Positions 38,092-48,091 of a stretch of DNA of 64,000 bases are shown piece after piece. The stretch comes from a virus. Position numbers and translations under genes: made by a program. The notes under the pieces were generated by a model. It did not search any database, had not been told where the DNA came from, and was given only the letters and a program-made list of their open reading frames with translations. The stretch lies in IMG/VR virus record IMGVR_UViG_3300045199_000074; one strand, given 5' to 3'. Every line of letters starts with the position of its first letter. The stretch's first letter is position 1.

Positions 38092-40554
38092 TCAGTCTGT
38101 CAGCTGCCCTTCTTTTAGACGTGTAGACAAGCCTGTAAATCGTTCGTTGGCCTCGGTCGTTCTTACTGAGTGTAAGACAGCCTGATCGTGGCCAACGACA
38201 ATACAGAGCTTCTTGGCGCGCGTCACGGCGGTGTAAATCAGGTTTCTTGTTAGCATATGCTTATGCGCCCATGGACATACGAAAATTACGACAGGAAACT
38301 CGCAACCTTGACTCTTGTGAACGGTGGTAGCCCATGCCAGTTCAATGTCATTAATATCATCCGGACTATATAATGCTTCAAATCCAGAATAATCAACGAT
38401 GAGGTAGTTTTCTTCGTTGTTATCCTTATTGAACCGTTTGCCAACGCGAACAACTGTGCCTACCTCGCCATTGTATACCTTTTTCACATAATCATTTTTC
38501 AAGTGCATGACACGGTCGCCGATAGAAAATTCACGCTTTCTAATTTCAACAGTCTCTGCATTGCCAGAAGGGTTGAGGGCTTGCTTTAGCTTTTGATTTA
38601 AAGCGAGAATGCCTAAATCTCCAACTCGCATAGGTGAAAGAACCTGTACATCTGTGATCGGATTAAACCCCATTTCCTTTACTTTTACAGACATGAAATC
38701 AACGACAGTGTTGGCAAAAGATTCAGGGTCACCCACGGATTTAGAATCCGAGAATACCTCGAAACCATTCAAATCGTCTTTCCCGTCGAGCGGGTGTTTA
38801 CCAGAATTGATATTCGCGGCTGCAACCACAATTCCGCTATCACCCGATTGGCGATGAACAGTTTTCAGGCGAGCGACAGGAATAGAACCAGACGCAATGA
38901 GATCACGAAGTACTTGACCAGCACCAACAGATGGAAGCTGGTTTACGTCACCAACAATGGTAACAGCTGCATGAATGCTTACGGCATCCATAAATGCTTG
39001 CCCCAATCGAAGGTCTACCATCGAAAATTCGTCAATGATAATGCGATCTTCAGGAAAAGGATTCGAGGCATCATATTCGAAGCCGCCTTTTTCAGATGAG
39101 AAGCTTAGGAGACGATGACAGGTACTTGCTACATGTCCTGAAGCTTCGAATAGACGCTTTGCTGCACGGCCCGTTGGAGCTGCTAGAATTGTTTCCTGTT
39201 CCAGTGCTTCGATAGCATGAACAATGACTTTTTGAGTTGTCGATTTTCCTGTACCAGGGCCGCCCGTGATAATCGAGATTGGATTCATCACAGCCATTAC
39301 TGCGGCATTTACCTGACTTTCGTCCCTATTGACCTTCAATTCGACAACAGCGTTTTCAACGACAGTTCTAGCCAGTTCTTCTGGAATTCTGGGGCCACTC
39401 TCAATCATCTTAAGTAGGCGTTTGGCCAGATTGCTCTCGGCTTGAAAGAGACCATCTGTGTAGAATAATCCAGTGATCTTATCAGCAACAATTCCACCAT
39501 CTCTGACAACGTTGGTGATGGCATCTTTGATAAGTTCTTCATCAACATTCAACAAGCGACGTGCTTCACCGACAAGCGCTTCCATAGGTAGTCCACAGTG
39601 TCCTTCTCGGCCTGTTTTCTGTTCTAGTGCATAACGAACACCCGAATTGAGGCGGGCAGGACTGTCCTTTGCATGTCCAGCGTCCATGGCAATTTCGTCT
39701 GCTGTTGAAAAGCCAATACCATCAATGGTTTCGGCTAATTCCCACGGCCTCGTCTGCACGACTCTTCTGGCAGCTGCACCATACCGCTTAATAATCTTGG
39801 CAATAGTCATTTCACCAAGACCAAATCTTCCTAGAAATTCAATTAGCTCAGGTTGTGCTGCATTGCAGTTCCAGGCTTCTGCAATTGCTTCTGCTCTTTT
39901 CATCGGAATGCCAGATTTTACAAGCTTGTTATGGTCGGTAATTGCATCCAGGATGTCATCACCGAAATATTTGGCGATCTTTTCAGCTGTTGATTTACCG
40001 ACACCTGGAACAGATCCCATTTTCAACCAAGCTACTACACCTTTAGCTCCCTTAGCGATTTCCATCATGAAAATGGCAGCCTTAAAGGTATCTTTTCCTT
40101 TGTACTGAGACCACTGTCCCTTAGCGATGATACGATCACCACGCTTAGCTTTCACATTGCTAGTTGCTGCCACAGTCGTGGATTTTCCGCCGTCCACCTT
40201 TACGCTGTAAACAGCGTAGCCATCAGACGTTTCATAAATAACACGTTCGATACGACCAATCACTTCTTGTAAAGTGGGTTCATTCTTTACCACTAATTGT
40301 GGTGCAGTTTCTTTAACTTCAGAAGGTTGATGGAATACATCCTCATCCTGAGGCTCTGGTTGCACAACTTTTTTTAATCCAAATGTCGAAAAAGATTTTG
40401 GTCGGCCAAAACCATGCGGCTGTGGCTTCACAGGAGCGTTAAATAAATCACCCTGATTTACATTGGAATTAATAGTTTGATCCGCTTTAGAAGTCGCGGC
40501 AGGAGCCTTATTTTTAAGGGATAATACTGCTGCAGGCGGCCGCTTAAAATGCAT
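38092..40554 (-). CDS. recD2: RecD2-family SF1B helicase
   Basis: N-terminal OB/HhH region, GGPGTGKS, APTGRAA, DEFSM, TVHKSQG and YTAVTR motifs. Confidence 0.92.
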   Translation of the reverse strand: MHFKRPPAAVLSLKNKAPAATSKADQTINSNVNQGDLFNAPVKPQPHGFGRPKSFSTFGLKKVVQPEPQDEDVFHQPSEVKETAPQLVVKNEPTLQEVIGRIERVIYETSDGYAVYSVKVDGGKSTTVAATSNVKAKRGDRIIAKGQWSQYKGKDTFKAAIFMMEIAKGAKGVVAWLKMGSVPGVGKSTAEKIAKYFGDDILDAITDHNKLVKSGIPMKRAEAIAEAWNCNAAQPELIEFLGRFGLGEMTIAKIIKRYGAAARRVVQTRPWELAETIDGIGFSTADEIAMDAGHAKDSPARLNSGVRYALEQKTGREGHCGLPMEALVGEARRLLNVDEELIKDAITNVVRDGGIVADKITGLFYTDGLFQAESNLAKRLLKMIESGPRIPEELARTVVENAVVELKVNRDESQVNAAVMAVMNPISIITGGPGTGKSTTQKVIVHAIEALEQETILAAPTGRAAKRLFEASGHVASTCHRLLSFSSEKGGFEYDASNPFPEDRIIIDEFSMVDLRLGQAFMDAVSIHAAVTIVGDVNQLPSVGAGQVLRDLIASGSIPVARLKTVHRQSGDSGIVVAAANINSGKHPLDGKDDLNGFEVFSDSKSVGDPESFANTVVDFMSVKVKEMGFNPITDVQVLSPMRVGDLGILALNQKLKQALNPSGNAETVEIRKREFSIGDRVMHLKNDYVKKVYNGEVGTVVRVGKRFNKDNNEENYLIVDYSGFEALYSPDDINDIELAWATTVHKSQGCEFPVVIFVCPWAHKHMLTRNLIYTAVTRAKKLCIVVGHDQAVLHSVRTTEANERFTGLSTRLKEGQLTD

Positions 40555-40693
40555 TGGTAATCCTTCTCTTTAAACGCAAAAAATATTGCCCTTAAAACGT
40601 GTCTTGCGCAAGACGCAAAACGATATTCCAATGTAAATTAACGTAAATATGAATAAATAAATTATCTCATCAATTTTAATGGGAGCCATTTAA

Positions 40694-41755
40694 ATGAAAA
40701 GTTCTCTCGCTTTAATAATTGCTATTTTCTCGGCATTGTTTTTTGTACCGTCAGCTCAGGCTATGTGTCAGCTAGATATTAATCGGATCGTATCCACAAA
40801 CCCTTATTTCAACACGCGTATGGTGCGTTCTCCGGAGAAGGAGAAAGAAAATACTGCTGTTTTTAGTCATATTGATGATCCAAGAATGGTAATTAGTTTG
40901 TCGATGGGGAGAGCAGATCCTGTCGGGCATATTTCACGCAGTGCATACGTTGCCAAGATTGACCAATTTGCGGGCTTCATGGTCGATAAAGCAAAATCTC
41001 AAGGACGTTGGGCTGAAAAATCTGTTCATCCTCATGATCCAGTAGCATCGGTTGTTGTCGAAGAAACAACTATTGATCAAGTGGGAGACGCGCTCGTTGG
41101 GCATATGGAGGCGCTTTTCACTCCGGAATGTATTCTGATTGCTGATTTTGTATCACCATCATCTCAGAACCTTAGAACGAGATGGGTTCAATTGGCTCAA
41201 GAAATTACAACGCTTAGGACGTCGGCCGCATCATTGGTCGCGCCTATTGCGTGGGAACGCGAAGATACATCGCCAACAGGTTGGAAAGCCGTATTAGCTG
41301 GATTTGGAACACCTATTGCGGTTATTGTCCTCATCAACGTGTTGCTGGGGCATGTTAAAGAGCTTGACCCTCCTAGCCGTTACACCAAAACAGTCGTAGG
41401 GGCCGCATCACTACTATCGTTTGGTGCTATTGTTTATCAGTATAGTGGATATTTCCCTTCTAGCCCTGTTGCATTCGATGAAATGAAATATCTGGATAGC
41501 TTACTTTTGCTATTGCTTGTCGGATTCTTATGTATTGTAGGCGCAGTATTTACGGATAAGGCAACACGTTTGGGTTTGATATCAGCTTGTGTGGGTGGTT
41601 TTGGTATGCTTTCTTCTACTTATCTTGGATGGACACCTGACGCGATTATCAGCCTAGTCGTCGGACTCTCATTGCTGTTTATGGGAGGTCTTGCATATGC
41701 GGCTTGGAGTTTGGCATCTAAGCCTAAAAAGAAAATCCAAGCCCAAGTTAATTAA
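40694..41755 (+). CDS. Hypothetical membrane protein (periplasmic N-domain plus ~5 TM segments)
   Basis: Signal peptide and hydrophobic C-terminal half. Confidence 0.75.
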   Translation: MKSSLALIIAIFSALFFVPSAQAMCQLDINRIVSTNPYFNTRMVRSPEKEKENTAVFSHIDDPRMVISLSMGRADPVGHISRSAYVAKIDQFAGFMVDKAKSQGRWAEKSVHPHDPVASVVVEETTIDQVGDALVGHMEALFTPECILIADFVSPSSQNLRTRWVQLAQEITTLRTSAASLVAPIAWEREDTSPTGWKAVLAGFGTPIAVIVLINVLLGHVKELDPPSRYTKTVVGAASLLSFGAIVYQYSGYFPSSPVAFDEMKYLDSLLLLLLVGFLCIVGAVFTDKATRLGLISACVGGFGMLSSTYLGWTPDAIISLVVGLSLLFMGGLAYAAWSLASKPKKKIQAQVN

Positions 41756-41788
41756 AGAATAGTTTAAACAGGGTTTTTAAAACCCTGT

Positions 41789-42502
41789 TTATTTAATTTT
41801 AGCGGCCTGTCTTAAAGCTTTTATCGCTTCCTGAACCATGGCTTCTGTAATATTACCATTGAGTGCTTGGACTTTATCTCCTACTGCAATAACAATTGCA
41901 GGCTGAGACGCCAAACCAGTTTTCTTTGCTAGTTCATTGTTCGCTCTTATATTGTTTAAAGCAGTAGGGGTATCAAGTGAAAGTGGTTGCACTTTTATAT
42001 CATTTAAGGCCTTCAAGCGAGTTTCGGGTTGAATTCCTTGATTGAGATATGTGGCTCTTAAATGTGTCCAATCCCCACCTATCGCATTAACCGCAATAAT
42101 TTCGTTGGCAGCTTGAACGGCTAAAACACCACCTGATCTCGGCAGGTCATGATGAACCACACCAACACCTTTATCATTGGATGCAATTTTATCGATAGTT
42201 CTAGACACTGCGTTGCATGGCTCACATCCGTAATCTGGAAATTCAAATATAGTGACATCGCCCGATGGGTTTCCAGACATTGGTGTTGGAAACTTGGCTT
42301 CAACTACTGAAGATTGAGCCTTTTCTCTCCAATTCATTATTGCCTCCACCAATTCTGATGGATTGTTCTTAAAATGATCAATAACTTCTTCGACAATAAG
42401 AGTTCTGTCTTCGTCAGAAAGCTTTGACATCTCAGTAGCATTGGTTGCACTTGCTGAAAAAAAGGCTAGCGAAATTGCGATGACAGATGTTAGAATTTTC
42501 AT
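41789..42502 (-). CDS. DsbA/Com1-like thioredoxin-fold periplasmic protein
   Basis: Signal peptide; EFPDYGCEPC; helical N-terminal extension. Confidence 0.75.
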   Translation of the reverse strand: MKILTSVIAISLAFFSASATNATEMSKLSDEDRTLIVEEVIDHFKNNPSELVEAIMNWREKAQSSVVEAKFPTPMSGNPSGDVTIFEFPDYGCEPCNAVSRTIDKIASNDKGVGVVHHDLPRSGGVLAVQAANEIIAVNAIGGDWTHLRATYLNQGIQPETRLKALNDIKVQPLSLDTPTALNNIRANNELAKKTGLASQPAIVIAVGDKVQALNGNITEAMVQEAIKALRQAAKIK

Positions 42503-42571
42503 AATTTAACTCCTTTAATTGACCTAATGCATACCTATATGACGTGTCGTCAATATTTTTTAAGGTGCGGA

Positions 42572-43516
42572 ATGAATTTTTATTATATACTAGGTTTAAA
42601 TCCAGGCGCATCCAAGAAGGAAATTATCGCTGCATATCGTAAAAAAGCGAAAGAATACCACCCCGATATAAACGGAAACGATCCCAGTTTAAAGCGTAAA
42701 TTTACAGAACTCCATGAAGCATACAAGCATCTGCTGGATAATATCGACAACCCTCTTGGCCAGATCAGACCCACATTCTCTGAAAATTTGAAGGCAACCA
42801 GATTAAATTCTATTAAAGAAATAAAACTTACGCTCAACGAAGCAATAAATGGCATCCATTATAAGATAGACGATGCCAATAGCATTTGTGACACCTGTAA
42901 TGGTGATGGACATATACGCCTTAAAGAACCTGCAGCTTGTCCTTATTGTGGTGGTACTGGAAACTCAGCCCATAAGAACAGAGGGGTGCTTAGCATCAAC
43001 ATAGTCTGCATCCATTGTGATGGAAGCGGTAAGACGATGCGTCGGAAATGTTTTGAATGCCATGGCTTTGGCACAAAAGCAGGTGGTGGCTTGATAGTTG
43101 ATCTTCCAGCAGGGTGCTTGGTTGGTGATAGCTTTGTGATTGAGAACGGCTTCTCCAATCGGGAAAACAATGTAAAGGGAGACCTGGAACTCTTAATTGC
43201 AATAAAGTCTGAACCAGGGTTCCGGGTGTTGGGAAAGGACATCGAGATGCAGGTTTACGTCGATGTCTGGGACGCCGTATTAGGAGGCAGTAAGGAGATT
43301 TATGGTCCAGGGGGGAATCTACATAAATTGTCTATACCAGCTGGAACTAGTCACGGTCGACGCATTCGACTGAAAAATATAGGTATGAGGCAGAAAACAG
43401 AAGATGCAGAGAAGGGTGACCTTATTATTGTTGTTTGTATTAAAATTCCGAATGTAGAAAACCCAAAAATTAAGGAGGCATTTACACGCCTCCGAAAAGA
43501 ATTGAATAACAATTAG
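42572..43516 (+). CDS. dnaJ: DnaJ chaperone (J domain, zinc finger, C-terminal domain)
   Basis: HPD motif; four CxxCxGxG repeats. Confidence 0.85.
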   Translation: MNFYYILGLNPGASKKEIIAAYRKKAKEYHPDINGNDPSLKRKFTELHEAYKHLLDNIDNPLGQIRPTFSENLKATRLNSIKEIKLTLNEAINGIHYKIDDANSICDTCNGDGHIRLKEPAACPYCGGTGNSAHKNRGVLSINIVCIHCDGSGKTMRRKCFECHGFGTKAGGGLIVDLPAGCLVGDSFVIENGFSNRENNVKGDLELLIAIKSEPGFRVLGKDIEMQVYVDVWDAVLGGSKEIYGPGGNLHKLSIPAGTSHGRRIRLKNIGMRQKTEDAEKGDLIIVVCIKIPNVENPKIKEAFTRLRKELNNN

Positions 43517-43527
43517 TCTTATTTGTA

Positions 43528-44235
43528 TTATCTGTTTCCTGTAAGATTTAAAATTGACCTGAACAGGTTGATTATATTGAGATACAGATTGATAGCGAAA
43601 AGATATTTTAGCTTCTCTTTTTCGTCTGCAGGAAGATTTAGTCCGTAAGTAGCTTTCAGATCTTGTGTTTCCCAAGCAGTGAGACCCGTAAAAATTACGA
43701 CAGCGATACAGGAAAGTGCAAAGTCGAGCGCAGATGAATGTAGAAAAATATTAACTACAGATGCAGCGATGAGACCAATAAGGCCCATAACCATAAATGA
43801 TCCCATGCTCGCCAGGCTTTTCTTTGTCGTGTATCCATATAGACTAGCTCCTAGGAATGTAACAATGGTGGCAAGTGCGGCATTAATAACCGATGCTCCA
43901 GTGTAAATCATAGTTGTAACGGCCAAAGATGGCCCAAGCAGGATAACCAGGCTCCAAAAGACAGTTTTAGTCGATGCAAGAGATTTTCCAATCGCTCCGA
44001 ACATGAACAGAAGCAGGATAGCTAATGGTGCAAATGACACCACGGTTCCTAAGCCTGTATATGCACCTTCTGGAGTGATAAATAAGCCCATTAAACTCGT
44101 GCTTGCCACGACACCTCCAGTAAGCGCCGTTGCTATCAGTCCCTGTGTAACGAGAGAATAGGTTGAAATCATATGATTTCTAAGCCCTTCATCGTAAAAA
44201 TACGCCTCAGCATACTGCTTTTCAGAATTCGCCAT
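43528..44235 (-). CDS. Bax inhibitor-1/YccA family membrane protein
   Basis: YGYTTKKSL, GLIGLIAAS.VNIF, GLTAWETQ; ~7 TM segments. Confidence 0.88.
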   Translation of the reverse strand: MANSEKQYAEAYFYDEGLRNHMISTYSLVTQGLIATALTGGVVASTSLMGLFITPEGAYTGLGTVVSFAPLAILLLFMFGAIGKSLASTKTVFWSLVILLGPSLAVTTMIYTGASVINAALATIVTFLGASLYGYTTKKSLASMGSFMVMGLIGLIAASVVNIFLHSSALDFALSCIAVVIFTGLTAWETQDLKATYGLNLPADEKEKLKYLFAINLYLNIINLFRSILNLTGNR

Positions 44236-44302
44236 ATTTGACCTCCAATTTATTTAAAAGAATAATGGACATTTAATATAACAAATTAAGGTAATCAAGT
44301 CC

Positions 44303-44947
44303 ATGAATCGATTTTTATATGCAGTAATGTTTTCACAATTTGCATTTATTTTCGCGGCAAACGCTTCTGAATGCTCCCCTGTCTCTCCGAAAGTGAACGT
44401 AGGTCAATTATATTCCGGTTATAAAATCGACAGGTCCTTAACTGGTAAGTCGCTAGAGAAACTTGGCAACAAAGATGTCGGCGTGAATGGAGAAATGATG
44501 GGCCTAACTGTAAGTGGTCTCGTCTATTCGTTGCAATTGTCGACATCAGTGATGAACAAAGGAAATTCCTATTGCGGAACAGTAAATGTCGTTGATGTGA
44601 AATTTGGTGCTGACAAACCTGTTGATGTTTATATATCGTCAAATATTCCAGTAGGTTCATGCGATGATCGCGTTACTGTTCAACACGAATTGCAGCATGT
44701 CTCGTTTATTGAGCAAGCGATTATAAGTGGTAGTTCGAAAATTAAGACGTCTATTTATGATTATATGAAGGGGCAAACCTTTTCTGGATCAAGCCAAAAT
44801 AGTGTCGTTTCTCAGGCAAAACATATGCTGACAGCGATTATAGATCGCGAACTGGCAATCGTAACAAAAGAGATGAATGCCAGGCATGCCTCTATTGATA
44901 CACCAGAGGCCTATTTAAAGACCTCGTCAATTTGTCGTCGGCTATAA
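44303..44947 (+). CDS. Secreted putative zinc peptidase (DUF922-like)
   Basis: Signal peptide; HELQH motif; several Cys. Confidence 0.6.
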   Translation: MNRFLYAVMFSQFAFIFAANASECSPVSPKVNVGQLYSGYKIDRSLTGKSLEKLGNKDVGVNGEMMGLTVSGLVYSLQLSTSVMNKGNSYCGTVNVVDVKFGADKPVDVYISSNIPVGSCDDRVTVQHELQHVSFIEQAIISGSSKIKTSIYDYMKGQTFSGSSQNSVVSQAKHMLTAIIDRELAIVTKEMNARHASIDTPEAYLKTSSICRRL

Positions 44948-44979
44948 GACCTGTGTTACAGGTCTTACTCGAATTTTCA

Positions 44980-45618
44980 TCAAGGCTTAGGGCCAGCGTC
45001 GTCTTCGTTTGTTCTAGCTTCCAGTTCCGCAACTTTGATGTCAGCGCCATTTGTTTTATCCATGGAGCAAACATCACTAACAGTTGAATGATATTCAGGC
45101 CCCGATAGTGAGTAATGAGTTGGAAGCGTATTGATAAACGCCTCTTTTTTGGATGTGTAAGGCCCTAAATCGTCTTCTTCATTTCCATCTTGACGTACTT
45201 TATAACCAGATACAGTCCGATAAATACCATGGCCTGCGGAATTATAAAGGCCATCATTTGGTTTCGCATCTTCTCTGGTTTTCGCCACTTTCGAAGGATT
45301 TTCAATCTCTAATTCGTCGAGATAGTCTTGCCAGGCTTCATTGATGCGGCTGAGAATATGATTCACTATATGAGGTTCCAAGTCGCCTAGCGCCAAGTCA
45401 ACTTCTTCACCATCATCAACTCTGGTGCTTAAGGCTTCAACATCAATACCTTCTCCAGATTGCGAAAACCCTATCGGACTTGATGGATTCCCAGATAGTC
45501 CATAATAATCGCCGTCACTAAACACGATTGTGTACCGATCAATCGTTGCCCCGCCATTATCGGTTATCCGGAATAGGTATTCACCTAAATCTTCTGGTTT
45601 CTCAAATAGTTTAGCCAT
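44980..45618 (-). CDS. Hypothetical acidic protein ending NEDDAGPKP
   Basis: 212-aa ORF; DNGGATIDRYT motif. Confidence 0.75.
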   Translation of the reverse strand: MAKLFEKPEDLGEYLFRITDNGGATIDRYTIVFSDGDYYGLSGNPSSPIGFSQSGEGIDVEALSTRVDDGEEVDLALGDLEPHIVNHILSRINEAWQDYLDELEIENPSKVAKTREDAKPNDGLYNSAGHGIYRTVSGYKVRQDGNEEDDLGPYTSKKEAFINTLPTHYSLSGPEYHSTVSDVCSMDKTNGADIKVAELEARTNEDDAGPKP

Positions 45619-45670
45619 ATTTTATACTCTTGTATTGATAACATAAATCTATTCTATTTGGATGCAAAAT

Positions 45671-46075
45671 TCAATTTGAGGCTTTTGTAAGCAATAAATG
45701 TATTCCTTGTTCAACTAGCCTCTCAATATTAATGCCCATTTCTCCTTTGAGGCGGGCCACCCTTTCTACATCTCTTTTTTCATACCAGCCAGCGAGCCTT
45801 ATTTTCCCATTTCTTGATTTAGCAATTTTTTCTGAATCACTTGCTTTCGCAACTGACCTTTTTCGATTGATGATACGTACTCGCGATACTTTTAATAGCG
45901 GAGGCCTGCCATAAAAATCAGCCGACGCATTTATAGCTTCGGCAATGAATTCCTGGAGCGTGATGTTCATTAGCTTTCTTAATCGTTGAGCTTTTTCTGC
46001 AAGTTCCTCATCGATAAATGCTATTATTTGCATTTTATTTACCCTGCTCGGTGGGCGCGTCATTGGGGCTAGCAT
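45671..46075 (-). CDS. Putative tandem ribbon-helix-helix DNA-binding protein
   Basis: Two strand-helix-helix units (IIAFIDEELAEK...LQEFIAEAIN; LAGWYEKRDVERV...IERLVEQGI). Confidence 0.55.
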   Translation of the reverse strand: MLAPMTRPPSRVNKMQIIAFIDEELAEKAQRLRKLMNITLQEFIAEAINASADFYGRPPLLKVSRVRIINRKRSVAKASDSEKIAKSRNGKIRLAGWYEKRDVERVARLKGEMGINIERLVEQGIHLLLTKASN

Positions 46076-46200
46076 GTAAACACCTTTTTAAAAGCAGGAT
46101 ATTTCCCATATTTAAAATGGTCAATCGGTTAATAATTTTCCGAATTATTATAGACATTAGTGCCGATTAATGACCTCCTAGATATATTAATGGAGGTTTT

Positions 46201-47700
46201 ATGTTTTATTCAGATTTTTATGCTGGCGGTGGAGGCTGGTCTCTTGGATTAACTTTGGCAGGTTTAAATCAAGTTATGTCTGCTGAGATATGGCCAATTG
46301 CAAATCGAACCAGAGAATGGAATTTTGGAACCAGTGAGGCTGAGATTGATATACGTAGATTATCTCCAGCTTCTGTTCCTGATTGTGATTTAATCGTTGG
46401 CAGTCCACCATGCACGCAGTTTTCATACGCGAATAAAGGTGGGAACGGGGATCTCTCGGATGGTATGGTTGATGTTCGTTCATTCCTTCAAATCATTCGA
46501 GAAAAACAACCCAGATATTGGGTTATGGAGAATGTTCCGAGACTTGCAGAAATTTTGATTTCCGAGTTGAAAGTTGGCGGATCTCTAGCTGAATTTGCTG
46601 ATTTGTTCTCATCAATTGATGTTTTTGATATGTCTGATTGGGGAGTACCCCAACGTCGAAAGCGTTGTATAGCTGGTCGATATCCTCGTGAAGAGCTATT
46701 GGCTTTACGTGGTAGGCGGTCTCCAACCCTTGCAGAGGTAGTTGCGGGGTGTTCTGACGGTTATGATACCGTATGGGGCCATCATTACGTAGACGTTACA
46801 GATAACAGCCCTGGTCTTTCTCTTTCTTGGGAAGAGGAACGCATCAATCGTGAGAAAAAACAGAACCATCCAATCTACAATGATATGGCGTTCCCTGATA
46901 ACCCTGATAAAACTGCTCGTACGATCACTGCAACATGTACAAAAGTGTCGCGCGAAAGTATTGTCGTTCCAGATGGCTCAGGTGGATACCGTCTTTTGAC
47001 GGCTAGAGAAATGGCAGCTGTACAATCTTTCCCTTTATCATATCAGTTTCCGGCAAAAGGGCAGAATGATCGAGTCAAAATGGCTGGCAATGCCATTCCA
47101 CCGCTGTTTACATATATGGTCGGTTTAGCGGTGCGTGGATTGAAATTGCCAGACCAACTACCCAAGTTCACTCCACTAAACGGGAAGGCTTCTTTTGCGT
47201 CGTCTGTCCGTCCGATCTCTAAAAATATGAGGAGTGACAGGTCTTTTCGAGCTTCAATAGCTGAACTGCGTTTTAAAAGTGGTATGTCCTTCGAGATTAA
47301 TAATTCAGAAGGTCAATGGAAGATGGTCTTTAATCAAGGCGGTCCTGGGCGAATTCTATCTCTTTCTGTTTTGGAAATTTCAACCATAGTCGGTTACTTG
47401 TCCGATGAATATATGGATGTAATTCCATCATTTACATCAGAAAACATTCAAAATGCATGGGATAACTCATTGGCTGAGAGCTGTCATCCATATATGGTTA
47501 TAGACGCAATTAGCAGTCTAATTTCAGGGATGGCTCTTAATCAATCTCAAAGCATTGAACTTGTTCATCAAGCTTATGCAATAAAAGGTATTTCAACCCC
47601 GAACAAAGCCATCTTGAATTATAACTTGATTGCATCAGGATTGATCTTGGCTGATGCATTCAATCGCAAAATTAGAAATACCACATCAAAATCAAATTAG
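46201..47700 (+). CDS. DNA (cytosine-5) methyltransferase, orphan
   Basis: FYAGGGG, GSPPCTQFS, ENV, QRRKR and GNAI motifs. Confidence 0.9.
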   Translation: MFYSDFYAGGGGWSLGLTLAGLNQVMSAEIWPIANRTREWNFGTSEAEIDIRRLSPASVPDCDLIVGSPPCTQFSYANKGGNGDLSDGMVDVRSFLQIIREKQPRYWVMENVPRLAEILISELKVGGSLAEFADLFSSIDVFDMSDWGVPQRRKRCIAGRYPREELLALRGRRSPTLAEVVAGCSDGYDTVWGHHYVDVTDNSPGLSLSWEEERINREKKQNHPIYNDMAFPDNPDKTARTITATCTKVSRESIVVPDGSGGYRLLTAREMAAVQSFPLSYQFPAKGQNDRVKMAGNAIPPLFTYMVGLAVRGLKLPDQLPKFTPLNGKASFASSVRPISKNMRSDRSFRASIAELRFKSGMSFEINNSEGQWKMVFNQGGPGRILSLSVLEISTIVGYLSDEYMDVIPSFTSENIQNAWDNSLAESCHPYMVIDAISSLISGMALNQSQSIELVHQAYAIKGISTPNKAILNYNLIASGLILADAFNRKIRNTTSKSN

Positions 47701-47710
47701 ATGTGGTATT

Positions 47711-48016
47711 TCAAGCTTTATTACTCACCCATACCCTTAATGTATTTATGCTCTGGCTTCCGATTTTGGTGTCGATAATGTCACCGTCAACAGTCAACAT
47801 TAGTGTTGGTATCGATTTAATCCCAAAACGAACAGCGAGTTCCTGATTTTGATCGATATTCACTTTTATTACTGATGCTGTGCCTTCGCTTTCTAGCTGT
47901 TGAAGAGAAGGTTCCATCTGTTTGCATGGCCCGCACCAGTCAGCATAAAAATCAATTATGGCAACTTTGGCATCAGCTACTGCTGCATCAAAAGTATCTA
48001 CATCAACATAGTTCAT
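47711..48016 (-). CDS. trxA: Thioredoxin
   Basis: DFYADWCGPC; SIPTL. Confidence 0.92.
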   Translation of the reverse strand: MNYVDVDTFDAAVADAKVAIIDFYADWCGPCKQMEPSLQQLESEGTASVIKVNIDQNQELAVRFGIKSIPTLMLTVDGDIIDTKIGSQSINTLRVWVSNKA

Positions 48017-48091
48017 TATCCACTCCGTTATTGAGAGCATATTTGCCTATGTCTACAGTATTAACTCTGACAATGCAATATTCATGTTTTT

